Shown here in pieces: positions 38,546-47,676 of a stretch of DNA of 64,000 bases. The first letter of the stretch is position 1. The number at the start of each line of letters is the position of its first letter. This stretch comes from Candidatus Omnitrophota bacterium (GTDB taxonomy: Bacteria > Omnitrophota > Omnitrophia > Omnitrophales > JACROU01), in contig JACROU010000034.1 in the NCBI GenBank assembly GCA_016214265.1, forward strand, positions 5,878 to 69,877, written 5' to 3'. A program made the translations under genes and the position numbers. The notes below the pieces were generated by a model. It worked only from the letters and a program-made list of their open reading frames with translations. It searched no databases and was not told the origin of the DNA.

Positions 38546-38981
38546 TAATTTTGAGTAATTTGATCGGCTTTGATTTATCCCAAGCTCCGGCTTCTATATA
38601 GCCGATCGCGTTGGGAAAACGCGCTACGTATGAGATCACAGAGTCGTTAGATTGCAGCTCAATAGTTCTAAAGAGAACCGGTGTTCCTGGAATCAAAAAT
38701 GTTTCCGCTGGGCCGGCATCTAATACAATTCGATAAAACCTATGCCGCAAGCCGGCTCCTGCGGTTAAGTTAATGGCTAAAATTTTCTGGCCGGTGGACC
38801 ATCTATCCTTTTGACCTCGATAGATCCGGGCCAATTCATTTCTTCCAATTTCATTTGAATTATTATTTTTATGCACAATGACCGCGATGGGATTTTTCAG
38901 CTCAGCATCACTGGCAAACAAAATTGAAAATGGAAATAGAGCAATGAGGGCAATTGATAAAATAACTTTTTGATATCTCAT
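38505..38981 (-). CDS. small periplasmic PBP-like (PstS-fold half-domain) protein, probable partner of adjacent sensor kinase
   Basis: 158 aa, signal peptide; ...IAVIVHKNN...IYRGQKDRWSTGQKI... resembles PBP-like phosphate-binding fold. Tentative. Confidence 0.35.
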   Translation of the reverse strand: MRYQKVILSIALIALFPFSILFASDAELKNPIAVIVHKNNNSNEIGRNELARIYRGQKDRWSTGQKILAINLTAGAGLRHRFYRIVLDAGPAETFLIPGTPVLFRTIELQSNDSVISYVARFPNAIGYIEAGAWDKSKPIKLLKINGKLPGEEGYELE

Positions 38982-38996
38982 AAAGGGGCGCGAAGT

Positions 38997-40403
38997 TTAG
39001 AAAGCGGCGGTCACTGATGCCACAAAACCGTCGTCATTTCCATTTTCAAGTGGTTCATTTTTCATTCTGTTCCATTGATATTCTAATTTGAGGGCCCACG
39101 TTGCAACGGGGCGATAGTTTAAGCCGATAGTCCAGCGTTCCTCATTATTGGTTCCCGAATAAAAGAGCGGATCTGAATCATCATCGATTCGCGCATTGTC
39201 ATACTGAAACACCAAAACAAAGGTTGGATCTGAAAATCCCCTTCCGAGAAAAGTTTCATTTAAGGAATTAAACCAAAACTTATAAGCGCCCTGAACATAA
39301 AATCCTCGCAAAGTTTCAGGAACTGGAAGGGTGGTTCCCGATTGAAACCCTCCTTCTTGAAGATCAAAAAGAGCATATTCGCCCTTGACCTCAAAGGGTC
39401 CTTTTTTCAACTTTGCATCGAGATCAAAACCATTGACCTTATGGCTTGATGTACTGTATTTCCCAAAATAACCACTGGCTCCCAACTCGGCCCAGGAAAA
39501 AGGATTCAACCCCAAACGTCCCACGAAGGCTTTGTTATTATTGTTATCCACACCGTAAGCCCCTCGCGCTTGTCTAAGCCCGGCCGTATCGGTAATTCCT
39601 GTATCCGTCAAACCATTAATAAAATAAAGCTGATAATCCAGACTGAAATCTTTAAACCATCCTCCCAGATGATCACCCAAAAACATACCGCCCGTGGAAC
39701 CTGCCCCCGCTTCCGACCACGTGGCCGGAATAACCCGCGATTCGACAATGGGACGATCAGTTAAATACTGGAAAGGCTGGAAATGTTCCAAATTGTATTT
39801 TCCGAAAGGAACAAGAACCACACCGGCTCGTGGTTTAATCAGATCGTGAACATAATATTCCAACCATGCCTGTTCTACTTCCACCTGCCCCGCTCTTACT
39901 CCGGACGTTTCCGCGGTTCTCTCAAACTCTATTTCTCCAAAAATACTGAGTCGATCTGACATTGTTGCTTTTGCCAGCAGTTCTATATTCCTGGCGTCAA
40001 AACGTGAACGTTCACCATCCAGATGTTTATAATCCAGTGTGTTATAAAGATCGAAATCCACCGCGTTCTTCATTTTCTCTTCGACGGCATCCTGACGTTG
40101 TATTAAATAACCCAACTCTTCACCTGTTTTTGTTGCTTCTACCAACTCTTTGCTATTCCCAGCAATATCTTTTGAGCTCTTTTGCTCCTCAAAATATTTA
40201 ATTTTGGTGCTCATGTCCTGAATCTCACTTCGCATTGCTACCATTTCTTTTTCCTGGTCCGCCATTTTTGCTTCCATTTTTTGGACCAGGTCTTTCAAAG
40301 CAGATTCGTCCGAAGCCTGAAGTTGTCCAAAGCTAAAAAACACCCCTCCCACGATCAAAAATATAAAGATGCTTGTTCTATTAATAAATCTGACTTTTTG
40401 CAT
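38997..40403 (-). CDS. outer-membrane porin-like beta-barrel with N-terminal coiled coil (paralog 3)
   Basis: 468 aa; signal peptide, coiled coil (LKDLVQKMEAKMADQEKEMVAMRSEIQDMSTKIKYFEE), beta-barrel, C-terminal ...TAAF. Confidence 0.5.
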   Translation of the reverse strand: MQKVRFINRTSIFIFLIVGGVFFSFGQLQASDESALKDLVQKMEAKMADQEKEMVAMRSEIQDMSTKIKYFEEQKSSKDIAGNSKELVEATKTGEELGYLIQRQDAVEEKMKNAVDFDLYNTLDYKHLDGERSRFDARNIELLAKATMSDRLSIFGEIEFERTAETSGVRAGQVEVEQAWLEYYVHDLIKPRAGVVLVPFGKYNLEHFQPFQYLTDRPIVESRVIPATWSEAGAGSTGGMFLGDHLGGWFKDFSLDYQLYFINGLTDTGITDTAGLRQARGAYGVDNNNNKAFVGRLGLNPFSWAELGASGYFGKYSTSSHKVNGFDLDAKLKKGPFEVKGEYALFDLQEGGFQSGTTLPVPETLRGFYVQGAYKFWFNSLNETFLGRGFSDPTFVLVFQYDNARIDDDSDPLFYSGTNNEERWTIGLNYRPVATWALKLEYQWNRMKNEPLENGNDDGFVASVTAAF

Positions 40404-40494
40404 GGCCTTGTTATCGACAGAACTATGCCAGGCATTAAATTAAAAATGTTTACTGGAAATCGTTTGGCAAGCTTAATGTTTGTGCAGGTAAAAT

Positions 40495-40573
40495 TGGGGT
40501 GAGCGACGGGAATTGAACCCGCAACCCCTAGATCCACAATCTAGTGCTCTGACCAGGTTGAGCTACGCTCACC
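40495..40573 (-). tRNA. tRNA-His (anticodon GTG) with encoded G-1 and 3' CCA
   Basis: Minus-strand: G-GTGAGCG TA GCTC AACCTGGTC AGAGC A CTAGA TTGTGGA TCTAG GGGTT GCGGG TTCAATT CCCGT CGCTCAC C CCA; cloverleaf folds, anticodon GTG, extra 5' G pairing with C73. Confidence 0.85.
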
Positions 40574-40622
40574 ACGCAGGGGATGAAAAAAGGACGGCGA
40601 TTATAACTTAAGGAAGGAGCGG

Positions 40623-41096
40623 TTAAAACTTTAAAATATTCTTTCCTTCGAGGTCGAACCATAAAACAAAAATGAACAAGAACGCGCTGGAGAGCATCAT
40701 CGCCCACGACCAAATACCGTCCCACCGGCCGCCCATTCTCTCCCAAAATACCAGCTTGGAACTTTTGTGGTAGCGATCACGAAGCTCTCTGGGCGTGAGC
40801 GGCAGCGGGCTCAAGGGATTACGCACACGATCTTCCATTTCCTGCAGCAGAAGGCAATACGCCTTTTGAATAAAATTGTGGCGCAAGCTCAGCATAACGA
40901 TCCCCAAGAGAAAAAAAAGGAGCAAAACAAACGATGTGATTTTAGTCATCACGCTCAGTTGCGAGACATCAACCCGCTGGGCCAGATACGATACAATCGC
41001 CGCGGTCACGGGGATACTCCAAAACACGTTGATGTGAGAACGCCGCTGTTCGAAAATTTGATTGTACTGCGCCAAATGAAGTTCTTTTTCATCCAT
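40623..41096 (-). CDS. hypothetical membrane protein
   Basis: 157 aa, 3 predicted TM segments; no family recognised. Confidence 0.35.
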   Translation of the reverse strand: MDEKELHLAQYNQIFEQRRSHINVFWSIPVTAAIVSYLAQRVDVSQLSVMTKITSFVLLLFFLLGIVMLSLRHNFIQKAYCLLLQEMEDRVRNPLSPLPLTPRELRDRYHKSSKLVFWERMGGRWDGIWSWAMMLSSAFLFIFVLWFDLEGKNILKF

Positions 41097-41694
41097 TTCT
41101 TTTCATAAGCTCCTCTACATGTTTGCGCACATACTTGGACAAAACATCCACTTCCAAATTCACCGTATCCCCCACTTTCAAACCGGACATATTCGTTTCC
41201 TCGAGTGTGTGCGGAATAATCGCAACCACAAACGAATCTTTGGCAAGCGATTGAATCGTCAAGCTGATTCCATCCACAGTGATGGATCCTTTAGAAATCA
41301 GATCGTCCATAATTTCGCGGCCGGCGCGGATATGAAACTCGATATTTTTCCCTTTTTTGATTTTGCGAATAATATTTCCGGTTCCGTCCACGTGGCCCTG
41401 AACCATGTGCCCGCCAAGCCGGTCCGACATCCGCAAGGAACGTTCAAAATTAATCAAACTGCCTCGCGACAATTTCCCAAGCGATGTCGCCTTGAGCGTC
41501 GCGCGGATCACATCCACTTCAACAAAATCATCCCCAAAATCAACAATGGTCAAGCAAACGCCGTTCGTCGCCAGACTGTCACCAATTTTCATATCATCCT
41601 GAAGATCGCGAACAGCAAAACGAAAACGGACGACGTTACCCTTGGCTTTTTTGGAAAGAACTGTTCCTTTTTTCTCGACGATTCCGGTAAACAT
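41089..41694 (-). CDS. ribE: riboflavin synthase alpha subunit (B. subtilis ribE nomenclature)
   Basis: MFTGIVEKKGTV... N-terminus, two lumazine-binding repeats; start at internal Met abutting ribD stop. Confidence 0.85.
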   Translation of the reverse strand: MFTGIVEKKGTVLSKKAKGNVVRFRFAVRDLQDDMKIGDSLATNGVCLTIVDFGDDFVEVDVIRATLKATSLGKLSRGSLINFERSLRMSDRLGGHMVQGHVDGTGNIIRKIKKGKNIEFHIRAGREIMDDLISKGSITVDGISLTIQSLAKDSFVVAIIPHTLEETNMSGLKVGDTVNLEVDVLSKYVRKHVEELMKRNG

Positions 41695-42752
41695 TATTTC
41701 ACATATCCTTCGATTAAAAAATCTTCGCCGGTTCGCGAACACCTCACCCCGCGAAGTCTGACCGATGTGCCTCCGCCAAGCATCAAGGGGGCGATGAACA
41801 TGCACACTTTATCAACGGCATTTGCGGCAAGAAACGCCGCACAAATTTCTCCGCCCCCTTCGACCATCAGAGAGGAAATACCCAGCCGATAAAGTTCCCT
41901 GAGAATCTCTTTAATATTCAACCGATGTTTTTTTTCGCCGACGCAAAACACTTCAACGCGACGGTCTTTTGCGTAAATCTCGATACGTCTCGAAGAATTA
42001 TTTTTCGAAGAAAAAACCACAGTCCGGGCATCCCGACCAAACACCTTGGAATGCCTCGAAAGCTTCAGGGTGCGATCTAAAATTACTCGTAGCGGAAGAC
42101 GCGGGGATTTTGACTTCGATTTCAAAAGATAAGGTACGAGGCGTGGATTATCGTTCTCGACGGTTCGGGTTCCGACCAAAATCGCGTCGACTTTACTTCG
42201 CAGCCGGTGTACCCATTTCCGTGCCTCAAGCCCGCTGATCCATTCGCGCGAGTGTTTGGCTGTCGTGATTTTCCCGTCAAGGCTTTCAGCCATTTTCAGG
42301 ATCACAAACGGACGCTTCTTCGCGTGAAACGTGAAAAAGGCTTCGTTTTGCTCGGCGACTTTGTCAGCGAGAATCCCGGATGAGACTTTCACACCTGCCT
42401 TTTTCAAGATTGAAATCCCCTTTTTGTGGTGACGAGGATTCGGATCCAAAGCACCGACAATCACTTCGTTCACACTGGATTTCAAAATCGCATCGGTGCA
42501 CGGCGGCGTTTTTCCATACGTCGAGCAGGGCTCCAAACTCACGTACAGAGTTGCCCCTTTGGCTCGGAAGCCCGCCTTTTTCAGCGCAACGACTTCCGCA
42601 TGCGGACCGCCGAAAAAGGAATGATACCCTCCCGCGATCAATTTCCCTTTTTTCACAACGCAGGCGCCTACCATCGGATTCGGTGACACGCGTCCCCTGC
42701 CCTGCTGCGCGAATCTGATGCAATGATCAATCCACTTGCCATGTTTAGACAT
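41694..42752 (-). CDS. ribD: bifunctional diaminohydroxyphosphoribosylaminopyrimidine deaminase / 5-amino-6-(5-phosphoribosylamino)uracil reductase
   Basis: 352 aa; CMP/dCMP deaminase zinc motif (HAEVVAL...PCSTYGKTPPC), C-terminal RibD reductase domain. Confidence 0.85.
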   Translation of the reverse strand: MSKHGKWIDHCIRFAQQGRGRVSPNPMVGACVVKKGKLIAGGYHSFFGGPHAEVVALKKAGFRAKGATLYVSLEPCSTYGKTPPCTDAILKSSVNEVIVGALDPNPRHHKKGISILKKAGVKVSSGILADKVAEQNEAFFTFHAKKRPFVILKMAESLDGKITTAKHSREWISGLEARKWVHRLRSKVDAILVGTRTVENDNPRLVPYLLKSKSKSPRLPLRVILDRTLKLSRHSKVFGRDARTVVFSSKNNSSRRIEIYAKDRRVEVFCVGEKKHRLNIKEILRELYRLGISSLMVEGGGEICAAFLAANAVDKVCMFIAPLMLGGGTSVRLRGVRCSRTGEDFLIEGYVK

Positions 42753-42778
42753 AAAATGATGTTTTCAGCTATTGGCTG

Positions 42779-42800
42779 ATAGCTATTAGCTAATAGCTAT
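42779..42800. repeat. perfect 22-nt palindrome ATAGCTATTAGCTAATAGCTAT overlapping the nusB stop codon, flanked by further AGCTAT arms (42767-42800)
   Basis: Read from sequence; reverse complement identical to itself. Confidence 0.9.
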
Positions 42801-43225
42801 TGTTCTTTCCCGCTCGGAAGTTTTTCAGAGTGACTGATTTTATCGAGAATGCCGTTCACAAATTTTCCGGAATCCGCCTGGGAAAATTTTTTAGCAAGGT
42901 TCACAGCTTCATTGAGGGTCACTTTGGGAGGAACATCAGCGGAGTTGAGCAATTCGTAAGCGGCCAGCCTCAAAATATTACGGTCGATCACGGCCATGCG
43001 GTTTAAATGCCAATTTTCAGCGTACTTTTTGATTAACTCATCGAGTTCCATAATTTTCCCGGTGGTCCCCCGAACCAGCCCTTCGGTAAATTTCCGGATT
43101 TCCGGATCATCCAAATCGCTGTGCTCCCAAAAATCACGAAGCACATCATCCACCTCGCTTTGCGTCAGATGAAGTTGATATAAAATTTGAAGGGCATATT
43201 CCCGGGCAATCGTGCGTTTGCGCAT
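42797..43225 (-). CDS. nusB: transcription antitermination factor NusB
   Basis: 142 aa; ...AREYALQILYQ... N-terminus typical of NusB; embedded in rib operon. Confidence 0.85.
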   Translation of the reverse strand: MRKRTIAREYALQILYQLHLTQSEVDDVLRDFWEHSDLDDPEIRKFTEGLVRGTTGKIMELDELIKKYAENWHLNRMAVIDRNILRLAAYELLNSADVPPKVTLNEAVNLAKKFSQADSGKFVNGILDKISHSEKLPSGKEQ

Positions 43226-43689
43226 TAAATTTGATCCTTTAAATTCAGAATCTGAAGAAGCACTTCGGCCGCCTCGCGGCCTTTGTTGCCGTGCTTGCCG
43301 CCGGAGCGTTCCAGTGCCTGCCGGTCCGTATTCGTGGTCAGAACACCGAAAGCAATCGGCGAGCGCGTCACGAGCTGAACTTTCATAATTCCCTGCACCA
43401 GACCGGAAGAGACATAATCGAAATGAGCCGTTTCGCCGCGGATGACGGCACCCAGCGCGATCACGCCGTCATTCTTTTTCTTCACGATCAATTCCTGCGC
43501 GACAAACGGAATCTCAAAAGCCCCCGGCACCCAAGTCACCGTGATATTTTCTTTTTTCACGCCCGCGCGGACCAATTCAGCCAGACAGCCTTTCAACAGC
43601 CGCTCGGTAATTTCACCGTTAAACCGGGACGCGACAATGCCAACACGCCTCTTTCTTCCAATTGATTTGCCTTCCAAAATTTTTGTCAT
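43225..43689 (-). CDS. ribH: 6,7-dimethyl-8-ribityllumazine synthase
   Basis: 154 aa; ...VGIVASRFNGEITERLL... lumazine synthase signature. Confidence 0.85.
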   Translation of the reverse strand: MTKILEGKSIGRKRRVGIVASRFNGEITERLLKGCLAELVRAGVKKENITVTWVPGAFEIPFVAQELIVKKKNDGVIALGAVIRGETAHFDYVSSGLVQGIMKVQLVTRSPIAFGVLTTNTDRQALERSGGKHGNKGREAAEVLLQILNLKDQI

Positions 43690-43749
43690 GGAGTGAAATG
43701 GGGGTAAAAATGGCTTTTGTCATTTCCGCAAAAGCGCGAATGGCAACTA

Positions 43750-44943
43750 TTACAACCGATGACCCAATTTTTCTTGTTTTGTTTTTAAGTACGTTTCATT
43801 CAGTTCGTGTTTGGGCATAATCAAAGGAACGCGTTCGACCACTTTTAGTCCGTGCCCTTCGAGCCCGACAATTTTCCGGGGATTGTTCGTGATGAGCCGA
43901 ATTTCGGCCAGTCCCAGATCGCGTAAAATTTGCGCACCGACACCGTAATCGCGAAGATCCGCTTTAAACCCCAGCTGCTGATTCGCTTCGACCGTATCCA
44001 GCCCCTGATCCTGCAATTCGTAAGCCTTGATTTTGTTAGCCAAACCAATGCCGCGCCCCTCCTGCCTCATATAAAGAAGAACACCGGTGCCGGCATCTTC
44101 AATCATTTTCATCGCGCCAAGAAGCTGATACTGACAATCGCAGCGCAGGGACCCCAGCACATCGCCCGTGAAACATTCCGAGTGAACGCGCACCATCGTC
44201 GACTTGTCATTCACATCGCCACGCACCATCGCCACGTGATCTTTTCCATCCACGTGCGATCGATATAACTTAATCTTCCATTCACCGTGCTGAGTGGGCA
44301 GTTTCGCTTCACTCATTTTCTCTACCAGCTTGTCAAACTTATAACGGTACTCAATCAGCGATTGAATCGTGCCGATTTTGAGTCCGTGTTGCTTGGCGAA
44401 AACAAGAAGTTCCGGCGTTCGTGCCATCGTACCGTCATCATTCATAATTTCACAAATCACAGCCATCGGCTGAAATCCGGCCAACCGCGCCAAATCAACT
44501 CCGGCCTCGGTGTGTCCAGCGCGGGTCATGACGCCGCCCTGTTTGGCTTTAAGCGGAAAAATGTGGCCGGGACTGGCAATATCGCGAAAATTCCTTTTGG
44601 GGTCGACCAGCACCTCAATCGTGCGCGCGCGGTCAAACGCGGAAATACCCGTAGTGATTCCGAGTTTGGCATCGACAGAAAATGTAAATGCGGTTTTCGA
44701 CATGTCATCTTTGTTCTTGCCCACCATGTCCGAAAGATAAAATTCATTGGCTCGATCTTCCGTCATCGGCACGCAAATCAGACCGCGCCCGTGTTTGGAC
44801 ATGAAATTAATCATTTCCGGCGTAACGCATTGCGCGGCAAAAACTAAATCGCCTTCGTTCTCACGCGACTCATCATCGGTCATAATAACCATCTTGCCCG
44901 CGCGGATATCAGAGATTATTTCTTCGATCGTGTTGAATGACAT
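43750..44943 (-). CDS. ribBA: bifunctional 3,4-dihydroxy-2-butanone-4-phosphate synthase / GTP cyclohydrolase II
   Basis: 397 aa; DHBP synthase N-terminus (RENEGDLV), GCH-II C-terminus with Cys zinc motif (CECFTGD...CDCQYQ). Confidence 0.9.
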   Translation of the reverse strand: MSFNTIEEIISDIRAGKMVIMTDDESRENEGDLVFAAQCVTPEMINFMSKHGRGLICVPMTEDRANEFYLSDMVGKNKDDMSKTAFTFSVDAKLGITTGISAFDRARTIEVLVDPKRNFRDIASPGHIFPLKAKQGGVMTRAGHTEAGVDLARLAGFQPMAVICEIMNDDGTMARTPELLVFAKQHGLKIGTIQSLIEYRYKFDKLVEKMSEAKLPTQHGEWKIKLYRSHVDGKDHVAMVRGDVNDKSTMVRVHSECFTGDVLGSLRCDCQYQLLGAMKMIEDAGTGVLLYMRQEGRGIGLANKIKAYELQDQGLDTVEANQQLGFKADLRDYGVGAQILRDLGLAEIRLITNNPRKIVGLEGHGLKVVERVPLIMPKHELNETYLKTKQEKLGHRL

Positions 44944-44966
44944 AAGGTTAGGATTTTAACAGACAA

Positions 44967-45884
44967 TCAGCTTATTTCCAACTGCCGGATAAGCACCTTC
45001 ATATCTTCCGGCAAGTCAGATTCAAACGTAAGTGTTTTTCCTGTGCGGGGATGCTGAATGGTAAGCCGTTTAGCGTGCAGGGCCTGACGGTTGATAAAAG
45101 GGTTCTTCACGCCATAGAAAACATCGCCCAAAACGGGATGCCCCAAATGCGCCATGTGCACACGAATTTGATGCGTACGGCCGGTTCCCAGGCTCACCTC
45201 AAGCAATGTCGCTGATTTGTAGCGCGCAAGAACGCGGAACATTGTATGCGCGGTTTTGCCGCCAGTAGGTTTGACGATGATTTTTTTCCGGTTCACAAAC
45301 GCCCTGCCAATCGGCTCGCGGCATTCTCCCTGATCATGCTGAACCACACCTTTCACGAAAGCCCAATAAATCCGTTTCGCCGTGCGATTTTTAATTTGCT
45401 TGGCCAGTGACGCATGCGCCATCTCATTCTTCGCAACCACCAGAATGCCGGACGTATCTTTATCGAGCCGGTGTACGATTCCGGGACGAAGCGCATCCCG
45501 GGTTTTCGAAAGCTCGCCGCCCAAATGGAATAAAAGCGCATTCACGAGAGTGTGCTCTTTGTTTCCCGGCGCGGGATGAACCACCATCCCCACTGGTTTA
45601 TTAATGACGATCAAATCTTTGTCTTCGAAAAGAATCTCGAGTGGAATTTCTTCTGCTTCCAAATGCATACCGCCTTCGGTGACAAGATTCACCTCAATCT
45701 CGTCGCCGCCCTTCACCACCGTATGGGGCTTGCAGCGGACATCATTAATTTTGATCACACCGGAGGCAAAATATTTTTTCAGCTGACTGCGTGAGAGCTC
45801 GCCCATAAGATTCCGGGCCAGATAAGTGTCGATGCGTTGACCCGTGTCGAACGGTTCAACGCGGAAGGTTTTGTCTATTTTCAT
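44967..45884 (-). CDS. rluD: RluA-family 23S rRNA pseudouridine synthase (RluD-like) with N-terminal S4 domain
   Basis: 305 aa; HRLDKDTSGILVVAKN catalytic Asp motif. Confidence 0.8.
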   Translation of the reverse strand: MKIDKTFRVEPFDTGQRIDTYLARNLMGELSRSQLKKYFASGVIKINDVRCKPHTVVKGGDEIEVNLVTEGGMHLEAEEIPLEILFEDKDLIVINKPVGMVVHPAPGNKEHTLVNALLFHLGGELSKTRDALRPGIVHRLDKDTSGILVVAKNEMAHASLAKQIKNRTAKRIYWAFVKGVVQHDQGECREPIGRAFVNRKKIIVKPTGGKTAHTMFRVLARYKSATLLEVSLGTGRTHQIRVHMAHLGHPVLGDVFYGVKNPFINRQALHAKRLTIQHPRTGKTLTFESDLPEDMKVLIRQLEIS

Positions 45885-46635
45885 TAGAAGTAGAAACGAT
45901 ATCTTTCTTTCGGAAAAGGATCAGGTAAAGCACGCCGGCGACAACAACGAAGGCAAGCGATGTAATTTGAGCCTGCGTCATCCCCCAGATGACAGGAATA
46001 TTATCCCCGCGATAATACTCGCCCATAAACCGGTTCTGTCCGTACAGCACCAGATAAGCGATGGTGATTTCGCCCACAAAAGATCGGCGCGGGTAACGGT
46101 ACGCCAAAAAGACAAACAAAATAAAGTCAAAAATCGAAAAATAAATCTGCGTAGGATGAACCACCTCTTTCAAGAACGGGAATTTTACCGCCCACGGCAA
46201 ATGTGTCGGGGTGCCGTAGCAACAACCATTCAGAAAACAACCGATGCGTCCGAAAGCCATCGCCAGCGACACAGCGGGAAAATAAAGATCCGTCAGTTCA
46301 AAGAAATTGACGCGGCGAATCAAACAGAAAATGGCGAGCCCCACCACCGCGCCGATTAACCCGCCATAAATCACGAGTCCGCCCTGCCAAACCGCAAATA
46401 CTTCCATCGGATTTTTCTGGTAATAATCGAAGTGCTGCAGGACATAAAAAACACGGCCGCCCAAAATTCCCACAAACGTCAGAAACAGAATCAAATCAAT
46501 AATCTGATTCTGTTTCAATCCGGCAACCGGCTGTTGTTTTGATAAATAGAAAATGGCCGCAAGCACGCCAATGGCAAACATGAGGCCGTAAGAGTACAAA
46601 TGAATCGGTCCAACACTAAAAATAATTGGCAGCAT
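45856..46635 (-). CDS. lgt: prolipoprotein diacylglyceryl transferase
   Basis: 259 aa polytopic; Lgt signature ...GRIGCFLNGCCYG... Confidence 0.85.
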   Translation of the reverse strand: MLPIIFSVGPIHLYSYGLMFAIGVLAAIFYLSKQQPVAGLKQNQIIDLILFLTFVGILGGRVFYVLQHFDYYQKNPMEVFAVWQGGLVIYGGLIGAVVGLAIFCLIRRVNFFELTDLYFPAVSLAMAFGRIGCFLNGCCYGTPTHLPWAVKFPFLKEVVHPTQIYFSIFDFILFVFLAYRYPRRSFVGEITIAYLVLYGQNRFMGEYYRGDNIPVIWGMTQAQITSLAFVVVAGVLYLILFRKKDIVSTSNENRQNLPR

Positions 46636-46638
46636 AAA

Positions 46639-47109
46639 TTAAGCTCGCTTTCCTTTCAAAATCAGGAGAACCAAAATAGAAACACCCACCGTGATAAAAG
46701 AATCGGCCAGATTGAACACCGGCCAAATCCGGAAATCCAAAAAATCAATCACCGCGCCCTGAGTCATACGGTCAATGACATTACCAAGCGCACCGCCCAG
46801 CACAAATCCAAAACTCAGGCGGAACATTAATAATTCGTTTCTCATTTGAAAGGTGAGGTAGAACAGAACTAAAATCCCCAGAAAAATCGCAGCTAACAAC
46901 CATTTTGATCCGCCGTGAAAAAATCCGAAAGCAATTCCGGTGTTCCGAACCAGTGTCAGATGAAAAATATTGGAGATAACAGGCAAGGATTCCGTATCCC
47001 TGAGATAATACATTATGCAAGATTTTGAGGCTTGATCCAGACAGACAACCAGCAGAATAACAAGGGGTAAAAACCAGGTACTGACTCGGCAAGGACAAGT
47101 AGCGTTCAT
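46639..47109 (-). CDS. lspA: lipoprotein signal peptidase II
   Basis: 156 aa; ...NTGIAFGFF... and ...VIDFLDF...FNLAD... LspA motifs. Confidence 0.8.
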   Translation of the reverse strand: MNATCPCRVSTWFLPLVILLVVCLDQASKSCIMYYLRDTESLPVISNIFHLTLVRNTGIAFGFFHGGSKWLLAAIFLGILVLFYLTFQMRNELLMFRLSFGFVLGGALGNVIDRMTQGAVIDFLDFRIWPVFNLADSFITVGVSILVLLILKGKRA

Positions 47110-47115
47110 GCTGTA

Positions 47116-47502
47116 CTATCCGCGCTTGGCCTTTTTCTCCTCTTCTTCTTTACATTTGATGCAAAGGCGGGCGTACGGAACGGCTTTGAGCCTTTCCATA
47201 CCAATAGGAACATTGCAATTTTCGCAAACACCGTAAGTTCCTTCTTCAATTTTCTTGAGGGCTTCATCGATCCGGTTTAAAAGCTGCTGCTCGTTCGACG
47301 CCAGATCAATGCTAAATTCACGGTCGAAATTATCCGTGGCAACATCAGCCATGTGAAAGGTGTAGCCTGACAAATCACCCGAGGCATCTCTTTGGCTCAT
47401 ATTCAAATTGTCTGTGGTGAAATGATCAATTCCAGCCGCAACGACTTTGCGCTGTTCTTCAAGCTGCTTCTTAATTTTGTCGTAATTGCGCTGTTGTTTC
47501 AT
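47116..47502 (-). CDS. DksA/TraR-family C4 zinc-finger protein
   Basis: Coiled-coil N-terminus and C-terminal CxxC-17-CxxC finger (CENCNVPIGMERLKAVPYARLCIKC); start at internal Met. Confidence 0.6.
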   Translation of the reverse strand: MKQQRNYDKIKKQLEEQRKVVAAGIDHFTTDNLNMSQRDASGDLSGYTFHMADVATDNFDREFSIDLASNEQQLLNRIDEALKKIEEGTYGVCENCNVPIGMERLKAVPYARLCIKCKEEEEKKAKRG

Positions 47503-47676
47503 GGAAAGCCTCACTTTCACACTCAATAAGTATACCCGAGATTGAATTAAACTGCCAAAGGACTGCATCAAAAGCGGATGATTATACTCAAGCCGACCAA
47601 GACTTCAACATTCTTCTTCCATTGAACAAAGATTTCTTTATACTAATGCGACATTCCGGCAAAACATGGAGGTTTC

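Noticed and set aside
40404-40622. tRNA-His as an integration site for a genomic island (ars/metal/TCS genes downstream)
   Set aside because: No integrase, recombinase or obvious direct repeat of the tRNA 3' end was seen in the window. Composition and strand bias are continuous across the tRNA.
44944-44966. FMN riboswitch at the 5' end of the rib operon (ribBA)
   Set aside because: Only 23 nt separate ribBA from the upstream rluD gene. There is no room for a ~140-nt RFN element, and no conserved RFN motifs were seen nearby.
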